DNA from: an uncultured Sphingobium sp. | GTDB lineage: Bacteria > Pseudomonadota > Alphaproteobacteria > Sphingomonadales > Sphingomonadaceae | Length of the DNA stretch: 64,000 bases | Direction: 5' to 3' | Assembly (NCBI GenBank): GCA_964529225.1 | Contig: CAZGVX010000001.1 | Location: 74,020-138,019 of the forward strand | In this document: positions 10,988-20,809 of the stretch, one piece after another | Numbering within the stretch: the first letter of the stretch is position 1 | Layout: the number at the start of each line of letters is the position of its first letter | The notes under the pieces: model-generated | What the model saw: only the letters and a program-made list of their open reading frames with translations | Databases searched by the model: none | What the model was told of the DNA's origin: nothing | Program-made: the position numbers and the translations under genes

Positions 10988-12133
10988 ATGACCGGCCAGT
11001 TCGCGCTCAGCGAGGATCAGCTCGCCATCCAGGAGATGGCGCGACGCTTCACCGCCGATGCGATCACGCCCCATGCGGCCCGGTGGGACGAGGATCATCT
11101 CTTCCCCCGCGAGACGGTGAAGGCGGCGTGCGATCTCGGTTTCGGCGGCATCTATGTGCGCGAGGAGTCGGGCGGGATCGGCCTCGGGCGGCTTGAGGCG
11201 GCGCTCATCATGGAGGCCATGGCCTATGGCTGCCCTTCGACCAGTGCCTTCATCTCCATTCACAACATGGCGGCGTGGATGATCGACCGCTATGGTTCCG
11301 ATGCCACAAGAGCGGCCTATCTCCCCGACCTGATCGCTGGCAAGCGGCTGGCGTCCTACTGCCTTACCGAAGCCGCTGCCGGGTCGGACGCGGCCAGCCT
11401 CAAGACGCGCGCGGTGCGGGACGGCGATGACTATGTTGTGACCGGCGCCAAGCAGTTCATCTCGGGTGGCGGCGAGAATGAGGTCTATGTCGTCATGGTC
11501 CGCACTGGCGAGGATGGCCCCAAGGGCATCAGCACGCTTGTGATCGAGAAGGCCATGGCCGGCGTTTCCTTCGGCGCGCAGGAGCGCAAGCTCGGCTGGC
11601 ATTCCCAGCCGACCGCGCAGGTCAATTTCGACGGCGTGCGGGTGCCGGTCGCGAACCGGCTGGGCGATGAGGGCGAGGGGTTCCGGATCGCCATGGCCGG
11701 CCTCGACGGCGGGCGGCTCAATATCGGCGCCTGCTCGCTGGGCGGGGCGCAGCGGTGCCTCGATGACGCCATCGCCTATGTGAAGGATCGCAGGCAGTTC
11801 GGACAGGCGATCGCCGACTTCCAGAATACGCAGTTCACCCTCGCCGACATGGCGACAGAGCTGGAGGCTGCGCGGGCGCTCCTGTATCTCGCCGCGGTCA
11901 AGGTGACGGACGACGCGCCCGACAAGACGCGGTTTGCGGCCATGGCCAAGCGGCTCGCCACCGACACGGGATCGACGATCGTCGACCGGGCGCTGCAACT
12001 GCATGGCGGTTACGGCTATCTGATGGATTATCCGGTCGAACGCTTCTGGCGGGATCTGCGGGTTCACCGGATTCTAGAGGGCACCAATGAGGTGATGCGC
12101 ATGATCGTCGGACGGGACCTGCTGCGGCCATGA
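10988..12133 (+). CDS. Acyl-CoA dehydrogenase (isobutyryl-CoA dehydrogenase-like)
   Basis: YCLTEAAAGSDA, RQFGQAI, LQLHGGYGY, ILEGTNEVM; valine-cluster context. Confidence 0.88.
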   Translation: MTGQFALSEDQLAIQEMARRFTADAITPHAARWDEDHLFPRETVKAACDLGFGGIYVREESGGIGLGRLEAALIMEAMAYGCPSTSAFISIHNMAAWMIDRYGSDATRAAYLPDLIAGKRLASYCLTEAAAGSDAASLKTRAVRDGDDYVVTGAKQFISGGGENEVYVVMVRTGEDGPKGISTLVIEKAMAGVSFGAQERKLGWHSQPTAQVNFDGVRVPVANRLGDEGEGFRIAMAGLDGGRLNIGACSLGGAQRCLDDAIAYVKDRRQFGQAIADFQNTQFTLADMATELEAARALLYLAAVKVTDDAPDKTRFAAMAKRLATDTGSTIVDRALQLHGGYGYLMDYPVERFWRDLRVHRILEGTNEVMRMIVGRDLLRP

Positions 12134-13203
12134 GCGAGCAGGAGGTCGTCATCCGCCGGGAGGGGCGCGCCGGTTTCCTCTCGCTCAACCGGCCCAGGGC
12201 GATCCACGCATTGACCCTCGGCATGGTCGAGGCGATGACGGCGGCGCTGCTCCAGTGGCGCGACGATCCCTCGGTCGAGTTGGTCATCATCGACCATGCG
12301 CCTGCGTCGGATGGCGATCCAAAGCTCTCGCGGGGCTTCTGCTCGGGCGGCGACATCAATCTGCTCCGCAAGTCGGCAATGGAAGACGGCGGGCGCATGG
12401 GGCGGCGCTTCTTTTTCGAAGAATATCGGCTCAATCACCTTCTCTTCACCTACGCCAAGCCGGTCGTCGCCTTCATGGACGGGATCACCATGGGCGGCGG
12501 CGTAGGGATTTCCCAGCCCGCTCGCTATCGGGTGGCGACGCCGGGCACGCGCTTTGCGATGCCGGAGACGGGCATCGGCCTGTTTCCCGATGTCGGCGGA
12601 GGCTGGTATCTGTCGCGTCTCAAGGGTCGCCTCGGGCAGTATCTGGCGCTGACCGGCGCCCGGCTCGACGGCACCGAATGTCTTTGGGCGGGGCTTGCGA
12701 CCGACTATCTGCCGGTCGAGGCGCTGGCGGAGGCCAAGCGGCAGATGGCGCAAGAGCCGGGGCAGATCGCCACTATCCTGCGCGCGCTGGCCGCTGTGCC
12801 GCCGTCGCCAGCCATCGCCGGAGAGGCGGACGCTATCGCCCGGCTGTTCGCGAGCGACCGTTATGAGGATGTGCTTGCCGCGCTCGCGGGCGACGACGGC
12901 GCGTTCGCCGCGGCGACACGTGCCACCCTCGCCACCAAGAGCCCGCAGACCTGCAAAGTTGCCCTGCGTCAACTCCGCGAGAGCCGCGACTGCGCCGATT
13001 TCGCCGCCAACATGGCGATGGAATACCGCATCGCCAGCCGGGTCCTCCTGCGCCCCGATTTCACGGAGGGCGTGCGCGCGGTCATCGTCGACAAGGACAA
13101 TGCGCCGATCTGGAATCCCGCCACGCCGGAGGGCGTGACCAATGCCATGTTGGACGCTATTTTCGCGCCTCTCCCCGACGATGAGGAATGGACATCATTA
13201 TGA
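12130..13203 (+). CDS. 3-hydroxyisobutyryl-CoA hydrolase-like crotonase
   Basis: [39 protein letters not shown]. Confidence 0.88.
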   Translation: MSEQEVVIRREGRAGFLSLNRPRAIHALTLGMVEAMTAALLQWRDDPSVELVIIDHAPASDGDPKLSRGFCSGGDINLLRKSAMEDGGRMGRRFFFEEYRLNHLLFTYAKPVVAFMDGITMGGGVGISQPARYRVATPGTRFAMPETGIGLFPDVGGGWYLSRLKGRLGQYLALTGARLDGTECLWAGLATDYLPVEALAEAKRQMAQEPGQIATILRALAAVPPSPAIAGEADAIARLFASDRYEDVLAALAGDDGAFAAATRATLATKSPQTCKVALRQLRESRDCADFAANMAMEYRIASRVLLRPDFTEGVRAVIVDKDNAPIWNPATPEGVTNAMLDAIFAPLPDDEEWTSL

Positions 13204-13982
13204 CCTACGAAACGATCCTGACGGAACAGACGGGCGCCGTCACTGTCATCACGCTCAATCGGCCGAGCGCGCTCAACGCGCTCAACTCGCAGGTGCTTGA
13301 TGATCTGATCGACGCGTTCGCCGCCTATGAGGCGGATGCGACCCAGCGTTGCGCGATTTTGACCGGCGCGGGCGAGAAGGCATTCGCGGCTGGTGCGGAC
13401 ATCAAGGAAATGGCCGAAAAGCCTGCTGCCGACTTCTATGCGTCGGACTTTTTCTCGAAATGGACGAGCCACATCGTCCATGCGGTGCGCAAGCCCTGGA
13501 TCGCGGCGGTCAATGGCTTTGCCCTTGGCGGCGGCTGCGAGCTGGCGATGATGGCGGACTTCATCCTTGCCTCCGACAACGCCAGGTTCGGTCAGCCAGA
13601 GGTCAAGCTGGGCGTGGCACCGGGCATGGGCGGCTCGCAGCGGCTTGCCCGGGCGGTGGGCAAGGCCAAGGCGATGGAGATGTGCCTCACCGGCCGGATG
13701 ATGGACGCTGCCGAGGCCGAGCGCAGCGGCCTCGTCGCGCGTGTCGTGCCCCTTGCCGACCTGATGACCGAGGCGATGAAGTCGGCCGAGGCGATCGCGG
13801 CGATGCCGCCGCTCGCGGTCATCGCCAACAAGGAGATGGTCAACATCGCCTTCGAAACGACGCTGGAGCAGGGGTTGCTGTTCGAGCGGCGCCTGTTCCA
13901 GGTGCTGACCGCCACCGAGGACAAGGCGGAAGGCATGGCCGCGTTCGTCGAAAAGCGTGCCGGGATTTGGAAGGGACGATAA
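13200..13982 (+). CDS. Enoyl-CoA hydratase
   Basis: [27 protein letters not shown]; ATG 13200 overlaps upstream stop. Confidence 0.92.
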   Translation: MTYETILTEQTGAVTVITLNRPSALNALNSQVLDDLIDAFAAYEADATQRCAILTGAGEKAFAAGADIKEMAEKPAADFYASDFFSKWTSHIVHAVRKPWIAAVNGFALGGGCELAMMADFILASDNARFGQPEVKLGVAPGMGGSQRLARAVGKAKAMEMCLTGRMMDAAEAERSGLVARVVPLADLMTEAMKSAEAIAAMPPLAVIANKEMVNIAFETTLEQGLLFERRLFQVLTATEDKAEGMAAFVEKRAGIWKGR

Positions 13983-13987
13983 AGGCC

Positions 13988-14857
13988 ATGAAGATCGCGT
14001 TCATCGGGCTGGGCAACATGGGGGGCGGCATGGCCGCCAATCTCGCGAAGGCGGGGCATATTGTCCACGCTTTCGACCTGTCCGCCGAAGCCCTCGCGCG
14101 CGCCGGTGAGCATGGCTGCGCGACATTTTCCTCGGCCGGGGAGGCGGTGACCGGGGTGGACGCGGTTGTTTCGATGCTGCCGAGCGGGGCGATTGTCGAC
14201 AGCGTCTATGCCGCTGACGTCATCGGCAAGGCGCCAGCGGGCGCCCTGCTGATGGACTGCTCGACCATCGACGTGGCCACCGCGCGCAAGGTCGCGCAGG
14301 CGGCGACGGCGGCGGGCTACGCGATGGTCGACGCGCCGGTGTCGGGTGGTATCGCGGCGGCCAATGGTGGCACGCTCACCTTCATGGTCGGCGGGACCGG
14401 GGAGGCGTTCGACCGGGCGGAACCGATCCTCGCCGCGATGGGCAAGGCCGTGATCCACGCGGGCGCGAGCGGCGCGGGCCAGGCGGCCAAGATTTGCAAC
14501 AACATGATCCTGGGCGCGACGATGGCGGCCACCTGTGAGGCGTTCCGCCTCGCCGAGCGGCTCGGCCTCGATCTTCAGATCTTCTATGATATTTCCTCCA
14601 GGGCATCCGGCCAGAGCTGGTCGATGACGAGCTACTGCCCGGTGCCCGGCGTCGGTCCCGCCAGCCCGGCGGACAATGGCTATCAGGGCGGCTTTGCGAC
14701 GGCGCTGATGCTCAAGGACATGCGTCTCGCGCTTGGGGCCGCCAAGGAGGCGGGCAGCGCGGTGCCGATGGCTGAACGCGCCGAGGCGCTATATGGCGCG
14801 ATGGCTGACGCTGGTCAGGGCAGTCTCGACTTCTCCGCGATCATCAAGACATTCTGA
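13988..14857 (+). CDS. mmsB: 3-hydroxyisobutyrate dehydrogenase
   Basis: MKIAFIGLGNMGGGMA, DAPVSGG, KICNNM; start ATG 13988. Confidence 0.93.
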   Translation: MKIAFIGLGNMGGGMAANLAKAGHIVHAFDLSAEALARAGEHGCATFSSAGEAVTGVDAVVSMLPSGAIVDSVYAADVIGKAPAGALLMDCSTIDVATARKVAQAATAAGYAMVDAPVSGGIAAANGGTLTFMVGGTGEAFDRAEPILAAMGKAVIHAGASGAGQAAKICNNMILGATMAATCEAFRLAERLGLDLQIFYDISSRASGQSWSMTSYCPVPGVGPASPADNGYQGGFATALMLKDMRLALGAAKEAGSAVPMAERAEALYGAMADAGQGSLDFSAIIKTF

Positions 14858-14888
14858 TTGCCGGTGCGTTGGGCGCTGTCCACACCGC

Positions 14889-14904
14889 CTAGTCTATCTG
14901 ACAG
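14889..14904 (+). promoter_or_regulatory. lux-box-like site CTAGTCTATCTGACAG
   Basis: CTR-N10-YAG core, 23 bp before -10-like TAGTAA (14928) upstream of the first island operon. Confidence 0.55.
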
Positions 14905-14977
14905 TCCCTGCGCCCGCTGCTCGCCGGTAGTAATGATGCGGTAAGCTGCGCGAATGCGGCCGATGCGGGAGGGTGGG

Positions 14978-15610
14978 ATGATTCGTCACGTCGTGATGAT
15001 AAAGTTCAAGAAGGACGCCGATCCCGCCAAGATCGACCTTTTCCTGGAGGAAGTCAAAAAACTTCCGCATCTCAACAGGGAAATCCGCGATTACAGCCAC
15101 GGCCTGTGCGTGAAGACGCGCTATCACAGCGGCGACTTCGACTTCGCGAACTGTTGCGATATCGACAGTTATGAGGCGATGGATCGGTACATGTCGCACT
15201 GGGGCCATCTGCGTATGACCCCCTATCTGCCTGATATTCTTGAGAACATGATCTCCTTCGACTGGGAGATCGACTATCGCGGGCCGGAATTCGACGAGGC
15301 GGAGGCGGCGCAGGAGGCCGAGAAGGAGAAGGTGCGCGTCCTTCCGGTCCATAGCGATCCGGCCAAGGCCTATGTCCCGGAAATCCGGGGTCAGGGCCGG
15401 GCCCGCGCCGTGGAAATGCTCGCGGCTGTGGGACTTGCGCTGAGCGAGGACGAGGACGAAATCATCGGCTCGGTCTGGGCGCCGGATCGCATCATGTTCG
15501 TCACGCCAGAGGTCGGCAGCGAAGTGGCCAAGGGCACCCGCGTCAAGATCGGGATCACCGGCGACTGGCTGACGGGGCCGGCCGTGCCCGACGTGGCGAC
15601 GGCCTGGTGA
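14978..15610 (+). CDS. Dabb (stress-responsive A/B barrel) domain fused to a C-terminal PASTA-like domain
   Basis: MIRHVVMIKFK...Y..H..H = Dabb; YVPEIRGQGRARAVEMLAAVGL...PEVGSEVAKGTRVKIGI fits PASTA pattern. Confidence 0.65.
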   Translation: MIRHVVMIKFKKDADPAKIDLFLEEVKKLPHLNREIRDYSHGLCVKTRYHSGDFDFANCCDIDSYEAMDRYMSHWGHLRMTPYLPDILENMISFDWEIDYRGPEFDEAEAAQEAEKEKVRVLPVHSDPAKAYVPEIRGQGRARAVEMLAAVGLALSEDEDEIIGSVWAPDRIMFVTPEVGSEVAKGTRVKIGITGDWLTGPAVPDVATAW

Positions 15611-15642
15611 CACGAATCGACTGACATAAGGAGAGACGGGAC

Positions 15643-15939
15643 ATGATCATCATCGCGGGCCAACTGAAGACCGATCCTTCCCTCGTGGAGAACCTCGCCG
15701 GGGCGCTGCGCGCCAATATTCCGGCAACGCTGCAGGAGGATGGCTGCCTGTCCTATCACTTCGCGCTGGACAGCCGCGAGGATGGCACCGTCCTCGTCTA
15801 CGAGCGGTGGCGCGATCAGGCGGCGCTCGACGCGCATCTGGCGCAGCCGGGCATCGCGGCGTTTCTCGGGCAATGGGCCGACAAGGTCGAACTGGGCGTG
15901 CGCATTTTCGACGCGGATAACGAACGCGGATTCGGCTGA
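15643..15939 (+). CDS. Antibiotic-biosynthesis/quinol monooxygenase (ABM) family protein
   Basis: EDGCLSYHF, VYERWRDQAALDAHL; RBS AAGGAG. Confidence 0.85.
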   Translation: MIIIAGQLKTDPSLVENLAGALRANIPATLQEDGCLSYHFALDSREDGTVLVYERWRDQAALDAHLAQPGIAAFLGQWADKVELGVRIFDADNERGFG

Positions 15940-15979
15940 GCCGTCAGACGAAGCTGTCAGGACAGGAAGGGTGAGAGCC

Positions 15980-17035
15980 ATGATGAACCGTCGGATCGTG
16001 CTGGCTTCGCGCCCTCATGGCATTCCCGTCGCCGAAAATTTCACGGTGGAAGATGTGCCCGTTCCCGAACTGGCCGAGGGCGAGGCGCTGCTCGAAAATC
16101 GCCTGTTCGCGATCGACCCGGCCATCCGGGGGATGCTGGACGATGTGAAGAGCTATCTGCCGCCGGTCGCCATAGGCGGACTGATCCCCGCCATGGTTCT
16201 GGGCCGGGTGGTGAAATCCCGCAATCCCGACTTCAGGGAAGGAGACTGGGGCCGGGGGTTCATGGGCTGGGAAGCCTATTCCGTCCTCAATCCGGCCAAT
16301 TTCGCGTTCGAGAAGGTCCGGGTGTCCGATGATCTGCCGCTGAGCGTCTATATGGGGGCGGTCGGCTGGTCGGGCATCACGGCTTATGTGGGGCTCAAGC
16401 GTTATGGCGAGATGCAGGCAGGCGACGACGTGCTCGTCAGCGCGGCCGCCGGCGCTGTCGGCAGCGTTGCCGGGCAGGTTGCCAGACTGTCAGGCTGCCG
16501 GGTGATCGGGACGGTGGGATCGCCGGAAAAGGCGCGAATCGTCACCGACATGCTCGGGATGGATGGCGCGATCAACTATCGCGCCACAGACGATCTCGAC
16601 GGCGAGATCGCGCGTCATTTTCCGGACGGCATCAGCCTCTATTTCGACAATGTCGGCGGCGCCACGCTGGATGCCGTGCTGCCGCGGATGAAGGCTTTCG
16701 GCTGCATTTCCGTATGCGGCATGATTGCCAACTATAATCATCAGACCGATCCCTATCGGTTGCGTAACATCTGGCAGGTGCTGGTCAACCGGATCACGAT
16801 GCGGGGGTTCCTCGCCTATGAGGCCGCCGACATGGTGCACGAGGCGGAGGATGCGCTGGCGGCGTGGGTCCGGTCCGGCGAGCTGATTGCGACCGAGAAT
16901 ATGTCGACCGGGCTTGACTCGGCGCCGGGTGCTTTCATCCGGCTGATGTCCGGCGAGACAACAGGCAAGACCCTCGTGCGGATCAATGACGCGGTGTCAA
17001 CGCTGGAAGGCTGGAAGCCCGATGTCCGTGCCTGA
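15980..17035 (+). CDS. NADP-dependent oxidoreductase (prostaglandin/alkenal-enone reductase family) 1
   Basis: NRRIVLASRP, VSAAAGAVGSVAGQ, YFDNVGG, CGMIANYN; start 15980. Confidence 0.9.
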   Translation: MMNRRIVLASRPHGIPVAENFTVEDVPVPELAEGEALLENRLFAIDPAIRGMLDDVKSYLPPVAIGGLIPAMVLGRVVKSRNPDFREGDWGRGFMGWEAYSVLNPANFAFEKVRVSDDLPLSVYMGAVGWSGITAYVGLKRYGEMQAGDDVLVSAAAGAVGSVAGQVARLSGCRVIGTVGSPEKARIVTDMLGMDGAINYRATDDLDGEIARHFPDGISLYFDNVGGATLDAVLPRMKAFGCISVCGMIANYNHQTDPYRLRNIWQVLVNRITMRGFLAYEAADMVHEAEDALAAWVRSGELIATENMSTGLDSAPGAFIRLMSGETTGKTLVRINDAVSTLEGWKPDVRA

Positions 17036-17531
17036 TGTCGATGCGCTTGACATACTGAGTGCTAAGATTCGGCTGGGCGAACTCGTGGCGGAATATGGCA
17101 GGTTGATCGACTGGCTTGACTGGGATCGGCTGGATGACGTGTTCTGGCCGGACGCGCAGTTCGATTTCGGGATGTTCAAGGGCGATCTGGCTGCATACCG
17201 GACCTTTGTGAGGGACTTGGAGGAGGGCTATGCCCGTCGCCTCCACATGTTCGCCATGCCGAGCATCCGCATTGCCGGGGACAGGGCACAGATTGACGCT
17301 GGCTCTGTGATTTTGTGCCGCACCGCCGAGCCTTTTCCCGGTATCGACAACCACTTCTGGGGGCGCTATCTCTTCACGGCCCTCCGGCGGGGTGGGTTCT
17401 GGCGTCTCTCGACGCTGACCTATGTTCTTAACCTGATCGATCTTCGGGCGCGGACAACCGATGATCGTGGCGGGCCGATGCATCTAGGCGAGGGCCTATC
17501 ACCTTATCACCCATTGGCAGGGACTTTCTAA
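17022..17531 (+). CDS. SnoaL-like/NTF2 family protein
   Basis: YGRLIDWLDWDRLDDVFWPDA, GRY...GFWR pattern. Confidence 0.75.
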   Translation: MSVPDVDALDILSAKIRLGELVAEYGRLIDWLDWDRLDDVFWPDAQFDFGMFKGDLAAYRTFVRDLEEGYARRLHMFAMPSIRIAGDRAQIDAGSVILCRTAEPFPGIDNHFWGRYLFTALRRGGFWRLSTLTYVLNLIDLRARTTDDRGGPMHLGEGLSPYHPLAGTF

Positions 17532-17583
17532 TGATCGGCTTGATGTGGATGGACCGGGTAGTCTCGTGAGCGAAGGTGTAGGC

Positions 17584-18759
17584 ATGGAGCGCGCGCTTGA
17601 GATCGCGGCGCGCGTCGAGGCGTTTGTCCGCGATGTGGTCATTCCCTATGAGCGCGATCCGCGCCGCGACCATCACGGCGGTCCGCTCGACGACATGGTC
17701 ATGGAGATGCGGGAGAAGGCGCGCGCTGCCGGTGTGCTGACCCCGCACGTGCTGCCGGATGGATCGCACCTGAGCCAGCGCGAGACAGCCGTTGTGCTCA
17801 TCCGCTCGGGCCTTTCGCCGCTCGGCCCGCTTGCCTGCAACACCATGGCACCCGATGAAGGCAACATGTATCTGCTTGGCAAGGTTGGCTCGGCGGACCT
17901 CAAGGCGCGGTTCCTGTCACCGCTCGTCGAAGGCCGCAAGCGATCCGCCTTTTTCATGACCGAGCCAGCGGAACTGGGCGGGGCGGGCTCCGACCCGTCG
18001 ATGATGATCACCACCTGTCGTCGCGACGGCAATCACTGGATCGTCAACGGCAGGAAGGCCTTCATCACCGGCGCCGAGGGCGCTGGTGTCGGGATCGTCA
18101 TGGCCAAATCCGAGGAGGCGGACAGCAAGGACGGCGCCTGCATGTTCCTCGTCGATCTGCCCGATCCGGCGATCCGCATCGACCATGTGCCCAATACCAT
18201 CGACAGCTCCATGCCCGGCGGCCACGCCACCGTGACCATCGACAATCTGCGAATCCCCGCCGATCAGATGCTGGGCGAGGCGGGCGAAGGGTTCAAATAT
18301 GCTCAGGTGCGGCTGAGCCCCGCCCGCCTGTCGCACTGCATGCGCTGGCTGGGTTGCTGCATCCGCGCCCAGGAGATCGCATCGGACTATGCCAATCGCC
18401 GCATGGCGTTCGGCAAGCAGCTGATTGACCATGAGGGTGTCGGGTTCATGCTCGCGGAAAACATGATCGAGCTGAAGCAGGCTGAACTGATGATCGACTG
18501 GTGCGCGGGGGTTCTCGACACGGGATCGCTCGGCACGGTGGAAAGCTCGATGGCCAAGGTCGCGGTGTCTGAGGCCCTGATGCGCATCGCCGACCGCTGC
18601 GTTCAGGTGATGGGTGGCACCGGCGTCACGGACAAGACAGTGGTCGAGCAGATCTTCCGCGAAGTGCGCGCGTTCCGCATCTATGACGGTCCTACCGAGG
18701 TTCACAAATGGAGCCTCGCCAAGAAGATCAAGCGCGAATGGAAGGCGACGCAAGGGTGA
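17584..18759 (+). CDS. Acyl-CoA dehydrogenase (ACAD10/11-LvaC-like)
   Basis: APDEGNM, FFMTEP..GAGSDP, RLSPARLSHCMR, FRIYDGPTEVH. Confidence 0.85.
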   Translation: MERALEIAARVEAFVRDVVIPYERDPRRDHHGGPLDDMVMEMREKARAAGVLTPHVLPDGSHLSQRETAVVLIRSGLSPLGPLACNTMAPDEGNMYLLGKVGSADLKARFLSPLVEGRKRSAFFMTEPAELGGAGSDPSMMITTCRRDGNHWIVNGRKAFITGAEGAGVGIVMAKSEEADSKDGACMFLVDLPDPAIRIDHVPNTIDSSMPGGHATVTIDNLRIPADQMLGEAGEGFKYAQVRLSPARLSHCMRWLGCCIRAQEIASDYANRRMAFGKQLIDHEGVGFMLAENMIELKQAELMIDWCAGVLDTGSLGTVESSMAKVAVSEALMRIADRCVQVMGGTGVTDKTVVEQIFREVRAFRIYDGPTEVHKWSLAKKIKREWKATQG

Positions 18760-19826
18760 GCGTCGACGCCGCCACCAATGCCGGGACAACGGCGGTGCGC
18801 GACGGGCACCGCTTTGACGAGGCCCGGCTGCATGCCTGGATGGCGGCCAATGTCGATGGCTTCGCGGGACCGATGACGGTCGAGCAGTTCAAGGGTGGGC
18901 AGTCCAATCCGACCTACAAGCTCATCACGCCTGAACGCAGCTATGTGCTGCGGCGCAAGCCGCCCGGCGAGACGCTGAAGGGCGCTCATGCGGTCGATCG
19001 CGAGGCGCAGGTGCTGACTGCCCTTGGCGGGGCGGGCTTTCCGGTCGCGCACGTTTATGGCCTGTGCGTCGACGAAGGCGTCATCGGCAGCATGTTCTAC
19101 GTCATGGCGATGGTGGAGGGGCGGATTTTCTGGGATGCGGCTCTCCCCGACGTCGCCAGGGACGAGCGCGCCGCCTACTGGTGGGCGATGAACGGGACGA
19201 TGGCGGCGCTGCACCGGCTCGATCCGGAGGCTATCGGGCTTGGCGATTATGGCCGGCCGGGCAACTACTTCGAACGGCAGATCGCGCGTTGGTCCGGGCA
19301 ATATCTGGCTGACGACGCGGCCGGGCCGGAACCGGGCATGGACCGGCTCATCGCATGGCTGCCGACCGCCATTCCACCGGGCGATGAAAGCCGGGTTGTG
19401 CATGGCGATTTCCGTATCGACAACATGATCTTTCATCCCACCGAACCGCGCATCCTCGCGGTGCTTGACTGGGAGCTGTCGACGTTGGGACATCCGCTGT
19501 CGGACTTCGCCTATCATGCGATGATGTATCGCATGCCGCCGGACATCGTCGCTGGCCTGGGCGGTGCTGACCCGGTCGCGCTCGGCATTCCGGACGAGGA
19601 CAGCTATCGCGCCGCCTATTGCGAGGCGGTGGGACGACCGCCGATGCCGGATGCCGACTACGCCTTTTACCTGACATTCAACTTCTTCCGCCTCGCGGCG
19701 ATCTTCCACGGTATCAAGGGTCGGGTGATCCGGGGGACCGCCGCGTCCGCCCATGCGCGCGAACGCGCCGAAAAGCTGCCCCAACTGGTCGCGCTCGCGC
19801 TTCGCACGATGGAAGGCTGCCGGTAA
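18756..19826 (+). CDS. APH-family phosphotransferase (ACAD10/11 kinase-LvaA-like)
   Basis: FKGGQSNPTY, VHGDFRIDN, VLDWELS; GTG overlaps ACAD stop. Confidence 0.88.
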   Translation: MSVDAATNAGTTAVRDGHRFDEARLHAWMAANVDGFAGPMTVEQFKGGQSNPTYKLITPERSYVLRRKPPGETLKGAHAVDREAQVLTALGGAGFPVAHVYGLCVDEGVIGSMFYVMAMVEGRIFWDAALPDVARDERAAYWWAMNGTMAALHRLDPEAIGLGDYGRPGNYFERQIARWSGQYLADDAAGPEPGMDRLIAWLPTAIPPGDESRVVHGDFRIDNMIFHPTEPRILAVLDWELSTLGHPLSDFAYHAMMYRMPPDIVAGLGGADPVALGIPDEDSYRAAYCEAVGRPPMPDADYAFYLTFNFFRLAAIFHGIKGRVIRGTAASAHARERAEKLPQLVALALRTMEGCR

Positions 19827-19837
19827 AGGCGCTGCGC

Positions 19838-20800
19838 ATGAAGGCCGCTTTCTATACGGAAAATGGCGGACCCGAGGTGTTGCGCTACGGCGATATGCCC
19901 GATCCGACGGTTGCTGCCGATGGCGTGCTCATCCGTGTCGAGGCCATCAGCATCGAGGGTGGGGACCTGCTCAACCGCCTCCACACACCTGTCCGCCAGT
20001 CGCCGTTCGTGCCGGGCTATCAGGCGGCCGGGACCGTCGAGGCGGTCGGGTCTGCCGTGACCCGTTTCAAGGCCGGCGACCGGGTGGTCGGCTTCAACTG
20101 GAACGGCAGCCATGCCGCGCTGTTCGCTGTTGCCGAGCATCACGCCTATGCCATCCCTGACGATCTCGAGACGGCCGCTGCGGCCACCGTGCCGGTTGCG
20201 TTCGGCACGGCCAGCGACTGCCTGTTCGAGTTCGCTCGCATGATGCCGGGTGAAACCGTGCTGGTGCAGGGTGCGGCGGGCGGGGTCGGCCTGGCGGCGG
20301 TGCAGCTTGCCGTGCAGGCGGGCGCGACGGTGATCGGGACGGCTTCAGGCGGGGAGCGGCTGGACCGACTTGCGGCCTATGGGATGCACCATGGCATTGA
20401 CCATCGCGCCGAGGACATCGCTGCACGCTGCCGGACGATTACCGGCGGCAGGGGCGCGGACATCATTCTCGATATGGCCGGGGGTCTGGCGGTCGGGGCT
20501 CTGATCGACGCGGCGCGCCCCCGCGCGCGCTATGCGGTCGTGGGGGCGGCCACCGGCACGTTGCCGCACTTCGATTTCTTTCCCCTCATCCGCAAGAGCC
20601 TGACGGTATTCGGCATTTCCTTCGGCCGCGACATGCATACCGCGCGTGCGCGCCTGCTGATCGACAGCCTGATGCGGCGGATGGCGGAGGGGCGGATCGT
20701 CATGCCGATCGACCGCGAGTTTCCTCTCTCGGAAGTGCGGGCCGCCCATGAGCATGTCGCGGACGGCCATCCCTTTGGCCGGGTGCTGATGCGCCCCTGA
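19838..20800 (+). CDS. NADPH:quinone oxidoreductase-like MDR
   Basis: GGPEVL, LVQGAAGGVGLAAVQ, GRVLMRP end. Confidence 0.88.
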   Translation: MKAAFYTENGGPEVLRYGDMPDPTVAADGVLIRVEAISIEGGDLLNRLHTPVRQSPFVPGYQAAGTVEAVGSAVTRFKAGDRVVGFNWNGSHAALFAVAEHHAYAIPDDLETAAAATVPVAFGTASDCLFEFARMMPGETVLVQGAAGGVGLAAVQLAVQAGATVIGTASGGERLDRLAAYGMHHGIDHRAEDIAARCRTITGGRGADIILDMAGGLAVGALIDAARPRARYAVVGAATGTLPHFDFFPLIRKSLTVFGISFGRDMHTARARLLIDSLMRRMAEGRIVMPIDREFPLSEVRAAHEHVADGHPFGRVLMRP

Positions 20801-20809
20801 CCGGGGCGT

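Noticed and set aside
14858-14977. Possible mobile-island boundary
   Set aside because: No integrase, transposase, tRNA or direct repeat seen; mobility unsupported
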